DNA of 64,000 nt from Allosphingosinicella sp. GTDB lineage: Bacteria > Pseudomonadota > Alphaproteobacteria > Sphingomonadales > Sphingomonadaceae. The position numbers and the translations under genes were made by a program. Positions within the stretch are counted from its first letter, which is position 1. Each line of letters starts with the position of its first letter. The notes beneath the pieces were generated by a model that saw nothing but the letters and a program-made list of their open reading frames with translations, had not been told where the DNA came from and searched no databases. Shown one piece after another: positions 57,580 through 64,000 of the stretch. Location: NCBI GenBank assembly GCA_035941735.1, contig DASZDS010000034.1, positions 145,109 through 209,108 of the forward strand. The letters run 5' to 3'.

Positions 57580-58842
57580 ATGTCGGGCCCCTCCCCCTTC
57601 GCGATCGCGGATTTCCGCTTCTACTGGGTGACCCGGCTCGCCTCGACCATCGCCCAGATGATCATGGTGATCGTGATCGGCTGGCAGGTCTACGACATCG
57701 CGCGGGAAACGATGGGCTGGAAGGCCGCGTCGTTCCAGCTCGGGCTGGTCGGCCTCGTCCAGTTCGTGCCCCTGTTCGCCTTGACCCTGGTGTCCGGCTG
57801 GACCGCCGACCGGCTCGACCGGCGGACGATCGCCCGCGCGACGATCGCGCTGGAGCTCCTCTGCGCGGCGATATTGGGCTGGCTCGCCTGGACGGGATCG
57901 ACCAGCCTCCTCGCCCTGTTCGCGGTCGCCGCTTTGCTCGGCGTCGCCCGCGCCTTCGCGATGCCGGCGCTGCAGGCGCTGTCGCCGAACCTGGTGCCGC
58001 GCGAGATCCTGCCCAGGGCGATCGCGATGAGCTCGATCGCCTGGCAGTCGGGCGCGATCGCGGGGCCCGCGATCGGCGGCTATCTCTACGCCTGGGCGCC
58101 GCCCGCGCCTTATGCGGCGGCCGGCGGCCTGTTCGCCCTGTCGCTCCTCTGCATGCTGATGATCGGGCCGAAGGCGCGCACGCCGATCGAGGGCTCGCAA
58201 CATCCCTGGCACCAGATGGTGGACGGCCTGCGCTACGTCCGCCGCAACAAGCTGGTGCTCGGCGCGATCTCCCTGGATCTGTTCGCGGTGCTGCTAGGCG
58301 GCGCGACCGCGATGCTGCCGGTGTTCGCGCGCGACATCCTCGAGGCCGGGCCGACCGGGCTCGGCCATCTGCGCGCCGCGCCCGCGCTCGGCGCGACGCT
58401 GACCGCGATCTGGTTTTCGTTCCGGCCGCTCAAGCACGACGTCGGCGTCAAGATGCTCGCCGCGGTCGGCCTGTTCGGCGCGGCGACGATCGCCTTCGGC
58501 CTGTCGCGCTGGATGCCGCTGTCGCTGATCTGCCTCGCCGTGCTCGGCGCCGCCGACATGTTCTCGGTCTACGTCCGCCAGTCGCTGATCCAGCTCTACA
58601 CGCCCGACGACAAGCGCGGCCGGGTCGGCGCCGTCTCGTCCCTGTTCATCTCCGCCTCGAACGAGCTGGGCGAGGCAGAAAGCGGCTTCCTCGCTGCCTT
58701 GATCGGCCCGGTCGCCGCCGTCGTCGCCGGCGGCATCGGCGCGATCGGAGTCACCCTGCTCTGGGCGAAATATTTCCCGGAGCTCAGGCGCGCGCGCAGC
58801 TTCGACACCCCCATCTCCGAACCTCAGCCAAGGGAGACCTAG
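57580..58842 (+). CDS. MFS transporter (MFS_3 / EntS-like family)
   Basis: FRFYWVTRLASTIAQMIMVIVIGWQVYD and GWTADRLDRR, with 12 hydrophobic segments. Confidence 0.8.
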   Translation: MSGPSPFAIADFRFYWVTRLASTIAQMIMVIVIGWQVYDIARETMGWKAASFQLGLVGLVQFVPLFALTLVSGWTADRLDRRTIARATIALELLCAAILGWLAWTGSTSLLALFAVAALLGVARAFAMPALQALSPNLVPREILPRAIAMSSIAWQSGAIAGPAIGGYLYAWAPPAPYAAAGGLFALSLLCMLMIGPKARTPIEGSQHPWHQMVDGLRYVRRNKLVLGAISLDLFAVLLGGATAMLPVFARDILEAGPTGLGHLRAAPALGATLTAIWFSFRPLKHDVGVKMLAAVGLFGAATIAFGLSRWMPLSLICLAVLGAADMFSVYVRQSLIQLYTPDDKRGRVGAVSSLFISASNELGEAESGFLAALIGPVAAVVAGGIGAIGVTLLWAKYFPELRRARSFDTPISEPQPRET

Positions 58843-58845
58843 CCC

Positions 58846-59766
58846 ATGAAGGCCGCCAACATCCTCGAGACGATCGGCAACACCCCGCACGTCCGCGTCA
58901 ACCGCCTGTTCGGGGACGCCGAAGTCTGGATCAAGCAGGAGCGCGTCAATCCCGGCGCCTCGATCAAGGACCGCATCGCCCTGTCGATGATTGAGGACGC
59001 CGAGAAGACCGGCGCGCTCAAGCCCGGCGGCGTCATCATCGAGCCGACCTCGGGCAATACCGGGATCGGCCTCGCCATGGTCGCCGCGGTGAAAGGCTAC
59101 AGGCTCGTCCTCGTCATGCCCGAGAGCATGAGCCTCGAGCGGCGCCGGCTGATGCTGGCCTACGGCGCCACCTTCGACCTCACCCCCAAGGAGAAGGGCA
59201 TGAAGGGCGCGATCGCCCGCGCCGAGGAGCTGATCGCCGAGACGCCGGACAGCTGGATGCCGCAGCAGTTCGAAAATCCCGCCAATCTCGAAGTCCACCG
59301 CCGCACCACGGCCCGCGAGATCCTGGACGACTTTCGCGACGCTCCGATCGACGTGCTGATCACCGGCGTCGGCACCGGCGGCCACATCACCGCCTGCGCC
59401 GAGGTGCTGAAGGGCGAATGGCCGGCCTTGCAGATCTTCGCGGTCGAGCCGACTCTGTCGCCGGTCCTTTCCGGCGGCCAGCCCGGCCCGCACCCGATCC
59501 AGGGGATCGGCGCCGGCTTCATCCCCGCGATCATGGACACCGGCCGGCTCGACGGCATCATCCAGGTCGAGCCCGCCGACGCCAAGGAAATGGCGCGGCG
59601 CTGCGCCCGCGAGGAAGGCGTGCTGATCGGGATCAGCTCGGGCGCGACGCTGCAGGCGATCAAGCAAAAGCTCGCCGAGATCGGCACCGACAAGCGCATC
59701 CTCGGCTTCAACTACGACACCGGCGAACGCTACCTCTCGGTGCCGGATTTCCTGCCAGAGGAATGA
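58846..59766 (+). CDS. cysK: cysteine synthase A (O-acetylserine sulfhydrylase)
   Basis: [11 protein letters not shown] (PLP lysine), [10 protein letters not shown] and GISSGA. Confidence 0.93.
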   Translation: MKAANILETIGNTPHVRVNRLFGDAEVWIKQERVNPGASIKDRIALSMIEDAEKTGALKPGGVIIEPTSGNTGIGLAMVAAVKGYRLVLVMPESMSLERRRLMLAYGATFDLTPKEKGMKGAIARAEELIAETPDSWMPQQFENPANLEVHRRTTAREILDDFRDAPIDVLITGVGTGGHITACAEVLKGEWPALQIFAVEPTLSPVLSGGQPGPHPIQGIGAGFIPAIMDTGRLDGIIQVEPADAKEMARRCAREEGVLIGISSGATLQAIKQKLAEIGTDKRILGFNYDTGERYLSVPDFLPEE

Positions 59767-59785
59767 CCTGACCCGGGGCAGTCGC

Positions 59786-61306
59786 CTAGCGAATCGCCGC
59801 CATTTCGTAGAGGAAGTCGACATAGCCGAGCGCCGCCTCCCTCAATCCGGCGATGCGCGGGTTGCGGCTTTCGATCAGGAAATATTCGTCCGGCGCGTGG
59901 GCGCCGCTGCCGTAGCCGAGCCCGAACTGGCCGGCGCCGAGCCGGAGCGGCTCGCCGGTGAAGACCACGCCCGGCCAGGAGCCGGCGTTGCGCGGATAGA
60001 GCGTGTAGGGGACGTTCGCGCGGGTGAACACCGCCTGCTGGGCGCGCACCACCGGGCTGTCCTCGGCGGTTTCGTTGGGGTCGTAGCCGCCCGACATGTT
60101 GACCTCGATGTCGGCGAAGCCGCGCCGGTCGAGATGGGCGCGCAGCTTGGGCAGGGCATCGGCGACACTCATGTTCGGCACCAGCCTGAGGTCGAGCTTG
60201 GCGACGCCGCGCGCCGGCAGGATCGTCTTGCCGCCGGGCCCGGTATAGCCGGCGACCAGCCCCTCGATATTGACCGTCGGCTGCGAGGTCAGCCGTTCGA
60301 GCGATTCGCGCCAGGGCAGGTCGTCGATCCAGCGGCGGACGCCGAGCGCGCGCTTGACGTCCTCCTCGCTGCGCAGCCGCGCCGATTCGGCGATCAGGGC
60401 GCGTTCGCGCGGCGTCAGCGGCCGGACATGCTCGAACCAGCCGTCGATCGCCGGCCGGTTGCCGTGGTCGGTGACCAGGGTCTGCAGCGCCTCGACGAGG
60501 TGCCAGACCGGGCTGTCGACCTGCGCCTTGAGGCTCGAATGGATGTCGTGGGCGGGGCCCCTGCCCCAGCGCTCTCCCGACGAGATCAGCTCGCATTCGA
60601 TGATGCCCTTGGCGCCGAGGCTGATCTGCGCGGCGCCGTTGGCGCTCTGGCCGGCGGTCGGGATGATCACCCCGCTGGCGCGCCGCATCGCGGCCAGCAC
60701 CGCGGCATCGTCGAACACGTTGCGGAAATGGGGTGAGCCGATCTCCTCCTCGCCTTCGGCGAGCAGGACGAGGTTGACCGGCAGCCGCTTGTTCGCGGCC
60801 TTGAAGGCGTGCAGCGCGGCGAGGAAGGCGCCCTCCGGTCCCTTCTGGTTGACCGCGCCGCGGCCGCGGATCGCGCGGCCGAGCGCGTGATCGAAGATCC
60901 GCCCCTCGAGCGGCGGCGAGGCCCATTCGGCCGGGTCGAACTGCTTGACGTCGTACATGAAGTAGATGCCGACGGTGCGCGCCGCCCCCGCGTCGAGCAC
61001 GCCGAACACGGCCGGGACGCCGCCGGTCGGCACCTTGCGCACGCCGGTGAAGCCGGCCTCGGCGGCGAGCCGGGCCATGTGGTCGGCGCCCTCGGCGATG
61101 TTCAGCCCCTCGGCGGCGATGGTCGGAAGCGCGATCCATTGCTGGATGCGGCGCACCGCCTCCTCGAAGCCCGCCTCGAGCGCGCGCGCGATCGCCTCGC
61201 GGTCGCCGTCGCGGCGGCGTTGGGCGAAGCCCGCCCCTGGCGCGAGCAAGGCGGCGGTGGCGGCGGCGCCCTTGAGAATCGTGCGGCGGTCGGTTCTGTG
61301 GCTCAT
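59786..61306 (-). CDS. M20/M25/M40 family metallopeptidase with a Tat signal
   Basis: The ATG at 61306 gives MSHRTDRRTILKGAAATAALLAPGAGFA (twin-arginine signal). RGRGAVNQKG and EGEEEIGSPH are M20 motifs. Confidence 0.8.
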   Translation of the reverse strand: MSHRTDRRTILKGAAATAALLAPGAGFAQRRRDGDREAIARALEAGFEEAVRRIQQWIALPTIAAEGLNIAEGADHMARLAAEAGFTGVRKVPTGGVPAVFGVLDAGAARTVGIYFMYDVKQFDPAEWASPPLEGRIFDHALGRAIRGRGAVNQKGPEGAFLAALHAFKAANKRLPVNLVLLAEGEEEIGSPHFRNVFDDAAVLAAMRRASGVIIPTAGQSANGAAQISLGAKGIIECELISSGERWGRGPAHDIHSSLKAQVDSPVWHLVEALQTLVTDHGNRPAIDGWFEHVRPLTPRERALIAESARLRSEEDVKRALGVRRWIDDLPWRESLERLTSQPTVNIEGLVAGYTGPGGKTILPARGVAKLDLRLVPNMSVADALPKLRAHLDRRGFADIEVNMSGGYDPNETAEDSPVVRAQQAVFTRANVPYTLYPRNAGSWPGVVFTGEPLRLGAGQFGLGYGSGAHAPDEYFLIESRNPRIAGLREAALGYVDFLYEMAAIR

Positions 61307-61386
61307 CCTGGCCCCCTCTCTTTTGGAGGCGCACTTAAGCAACCGCGGCCGCCGCGCGTCTAGTGCCCGGCGTTCGGGGATTCGGG

Positions 61387-62376
61387 CTAATAGGTGGAAA
61401 TGTCGAACACCGCCTCGGGCGGAAGGGTCAGCGTTCGCACGAAGCGCGGCGGGGCCGATGTCTCCTCACCCATGAGTGCGGAGAATTGGTTCGCCGGCCG
61501 CTGCGGCATTTCGTCGAAAACGAGATCCTCGGGATTGCAGGTCAGGCGGATGTTCGTCCCGTCCTCGTCCTGCGCGATGAACGTGTCGAAATGCGTGAAA
61601 TTCTGCGCCCGAAGGTCGAGCACCGGCTCGCGCGACTGGTTGAGCTTCTGCTTGAAGCCGACGGCGGTTCCGTAGCTCACCATATATTCGCACAGGCGCC
61701 GGAACAGCTTTGGCAGGATCGCCACGTCGGCGGTTATCACGCGCAATTCAGTGGCGTCGAAGCCGGCCGACGTGCTGTCGATCGACCACAGCCCGCGATT
61801 GGCGGCCCGGGCTTCGCGCACGGCGGCGCTCAGGTGGTCGCGCAAGTCGTTGAACAGGCCTTTATAGTAGGTCGGATAGGCCAGGCCCTCCGCCAGCGCC
61901 GCATGATTGTAGCTTTGCGACAGCCGGGCGGGATCGAGGAAAACGTCGGCGCCGTCGGTCTCGGGGGCCTCGCCGGCAAAGACGAAGGCGATCGGCCGGC
62001 CGTTTTTCTCGATCGCGCGGCTGAGGACGTAGCCGCGGGTGGCGTCGTTGGCGGACAGGACGGCGGAGTGCGCCGTATCCCATTGAACGTCGGTAATGCC
62101 GGTGAACGCGAGCAGGCGATCCATCGCGGCGTGCGCCAGCTGATCCGGCTGGTGATAAACGCCGCCGCCGCTCGGCGGGCTGTAATGCGTCTCGAGGGTG
62201 TCGATGGCCTCTATGCGCAGCTGCACATGGCCGCGCGCGTTGATCCGCGGCCTAAAGCCGTTGAAATTGGTCAGGGAGTGCAAGAGGGCCGCGTCGTCGG
62301 GCTGGAAGCGAATGGAATCGCCGTCGGGCGAATATTGTTTGACGTGAAATCGACCTTTGATGAGCTTGAAGGCCAT
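61387..62376 (-). CDS. staphylococcal-nuclease (SNase/thermonuclease) fold protein with an unknown ~130-aa C-terminal domain and no signal peptide
   Basis: The ATG at 62376 is preceded by GGGAGG. SPDGDSIRF, LRIEAIDTLETH (compare SNase RLLLVDTPE: Arg, Asp, Thr and Glu are conserved), NGRPIAFVF (compare YGRGLAYIY), ALAEGLAYP and ANRGLWS line up with the SNase core. Confidence 0.65.
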   Translation of the reverse strand: MAFKLIKGRFHVKQYSPDGDSIRFQPDDAALLHSLTNFNGFRPRINARGHVQLRIEAIDTLETHYSPPSGGGVYHQPDQLAHAAMDRLLAFTGITDVQWDTAHSAVLSANDATRGYVLSRAIEKNGRPIAFVFAGEAPETDGADVFLDPARLSQSYNHAALAEGLAYPTYYKGLFNDLRDHLSAAVREARAANRGLWSIDSTSAGFDATELRVITADVAILPKLFRRLCEYMVSYGTAVGFKQKLNQSREPVLDLRAQNFTHFDTFIAQDEDGTNIRLTCNPEDLVFDEMPQRPANQFSALMGEETSAPPRFVRTLTLPPEAVFDISTY

Positions 62377-62577
62377 GGCGCATCCTCCCGCGTGCCGATT
62401 TTGAATCGCTTTCCCCCGCCACGGCGGAATGTGACACAGGCCGCGCGACATGAGAAGCGGCCGGGAAAACGCTTTCGGCCTTGCTATTGTTGAATAGGGA
62501 CGCTCTTTGCCGTGCCGCCGGAACTGCGCCCTTCCCGGCGGCGTTCTGGGGGCGCAACAATCGAAAGGCGGCGGACG

Positions 62578-62841
62578 ATGGAAGACAGAGACGTCGAGCG
62601 CGAAACCGTGGTGGTGACCGGCGGCCGGGAGGGCGGCGGCGGCGCGATCGTGGCGATCCTGGTGATCCTGGTGATCGCGGTGCTCGCCTTCCTCTATTTC
62701 GGCGGCTACCTCCAGCGCGCCGCCGACAAGACCGACATCAACGTCAACGTCACGGCGCCGAAGATCGAGCTGCCCGACGTGAGGATCGAGACGCCGCCGG
62801 CGCAGCAGCCCCAACAGCCGGCGAACGCCAACAAGCAATGA
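62578..62841 (+). CDS. hypothetical single-pass membrane protein
   Basis: MEDRDVERE..., a Gly run, then the TM helix AIVAILVILVIAVLAFLYF and a Pro/Gln-rich tail. The stop overlaps the ATG of the next gene (ATGA). Confidence 0.4.
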   Translation: MEDRDVERETVVVTGGREGGGGAIVAILVILVIAVLAFLYFGGYLQRAADKTDINVNVTAPKIELPDVRIETPPAQQPQQPANANKQ

Positions 62842-63914
62842 AGGCGCCGGCGCCGCGCCGGGGCATGCCGTCGGTCGAGCTCGACGAGGCGGAGTTCAAG
62901 CGGCGCTTCCGGACGCAGTTCGCCGACCCGGCGTTCGCGCCGCTGGCGGCCGAGCTGGATCGGATCGCGGAGACGGCGTGGGACGGCTATATCAACGGCC
63001 GCAAGTCGCCGCGCACCGAAAAGGCCGGGTCCGCCTATGCCGACCCCGGCTACGATCTCTCGGTCGACTGGATCGCCGCCCATGCGGCCGTCGAAGAAGC
63101 TCAGGCCGAATATGAGGACCCGAGCCAACCGCCTTGCATCCTCATCATAAACGGCTCGTCGCGTTCGGAACATACCTGCCCGGGCGAAATGTCGAAGAGC
63201 TGGCGGCTGACCGAGATCGCGGCCGAGATTTGCGGCGTCGACGGGGTCAGGGTCGAGATCCTGAACCTCTCCCGCCTCGCCGCTGAATACGGGGCGAAAA
63301 TCCATCCCTGCAAGGCCTGCTTCTCGACCGCGGCCGCGCTCTGCCACTGGCCCTGCTCCTGCTATCCGAACCATTCGCTCGGCCAGACCCAGGACATGAT
63401 GAACGACATCTATCCCTTGTGGGTAAGAGCGCACGGCATCATGCTGATAACGCCCGTCAATTGGTACCACACCTCCTCGCCGATGAAGCTCATGATCGAC
63501 CGCCTCGTCTGCGCCGACGGGGGCAACCCCGATCCCACCACCACCCACGGCAAGGACGCGCTGAAGGCCAAGCAGCTCGAGCTCGACGGCTGGCCCTATC
63601 CCCGCCATCTCGAAGGGCGTTTGTTCGCGGTCGTCGTCCATGGCGACGTCGAGGGCGCCGAAAATGTCCGGCGCAGCCTCGTCGACTGGCTCCGCTTCAT
63701 GCACCTCGTCCCCGCCGGCGTCCCCGCCGAGCTCGACCGCTATATCGGCTATTGGCAGCCCTACGCGACCAGCCACGACGCGCTCGACCAGGATCTGGCG
63801 ATCCAGGAGGAAGTGAGGAACGCCGCCCGCACCCTCCTGGAGGCGGTCCAGGCGCGCCGCTCGGGCCACCTCGTCAGCGCCGGCGACGACCTGGAGCAGC
63901 CGCGGCAGAAGTGA
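62838..63914 (+). CDS. flavodoxin-like fold NAD(P)H-dependent FMN reductase family protein, Cys-rich (iron-sulfur flavoprotein-like), with an N-terminal extension
   Basis: CILIINGSSRSEHTCPGEMSKS (FMN loop) and the cysteine cluster HPCKACFSTAAALCHWPCSCYP. An alternative start is Met at 62865. Confidence 0.7.
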   Translation: MKAPAPRRGMPSVELDEAEFKRRFRTQFADPAFAPLAAELDRIAETAWDGYINGRKSPRTEKAGSAYADPGYDLSVDWIAAHAAVEEAQAEYEDPSQPPCILIINGSSRSEHTCPGEMSKSWRLTEIAAEICGVDGVRVEILNLSRLAAEYGAKIHPCKACFSTAAALCHWPCSCYPNHSLGQTQDMMNDIYPLWVRAHGIMLITPVNWYHTSSPMKLMIDRLVCADGGNPDPTTTHGKDALKAKQLELDGWPYPRHLEGRLFAVVVHGDVEGAENVRRSLVDWLRFMHLVPAGVPAELDRYIGYWQPYATSHDALDQDLAIQEEVRNAARTLLEAVQARRSGHLVSAGDDLEQPRQK

Positions 63915-64000
63915 GCCGACGCGCGCCATTAACCGGTTGCCAAGACCCCGCTGATAGGGCCGGGTCTTCATGCTTATTCGTTCGCGTATCACTGCCGCCC

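Overview
High-GC (roughly two-thirds G+C, estimated by eye) chromosomal DNA from an alphaproteobacterium. It is probably a sphingomonad; this is an inference from the valS/popZ/tolC/pcm and radA/cvpA neighbourhoods, the flavour of the proteins and the intergenic REP families. I call 64 protein-coding genes and one tRNA-Arg(ACG). I saw no rRNA, CRISPR array, transposase or phage-type integrase; the only recombinase is housekeeping XerD.

Most of the window is core metabolism and maintenance: astA/astB, hemB, valS, cysS, accA/accD, aroK/aroB, pyrF, folC, cysK, radA, uvrD, xerD, rluB/rsmD, tolC and popZ. Because of the GC content, most long ORFs in the six-frame track are antisense artefacts.

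The places most worth a second look are:
- A five-gene operon joined entirely by 4-nt stop/start overlaps: hemB, a PLP decarboxylase, a fused membrane/spermidine-synthase-like protein, a GNAT and a gamma-CA-like protein.
- A visibly lower-GC patch encoding a cytoplasmic SNase-fold nuclease with an unknown C-terminal domain, next to a small membrane protein and a Cys-rich flavoprotein.
- A secreted caspase (two PPC domains plus a C14 domain) and a methyltransferase next to tRNA-Arg. Beside them, an orphan ORF is bracketed by two copies of a CACGTG-centred palindromic repeat.
- An AT-rich gene for a small Tyr-rich secreted peptide.
- A patatin/DUF3376 gene clustered with a serine hydrolase and an EEP-family gene.
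- Perfect GTTC-N7-GTTC (alpha-type LexA box) matches directly upstream of radA and uvrD.
- A HigBA module with a 21-bp palindromic operator.
- An unlisted 56-codon membrane ORF upstream of the xerD operon.
- At least three REP/MITE-like hairpin families, one copy of which forms the C-terminal coding sequence of rluB.

I could not identify a clear-cut new multi-gene defence-type system. The candidates are ranked by interest with explicit tests.
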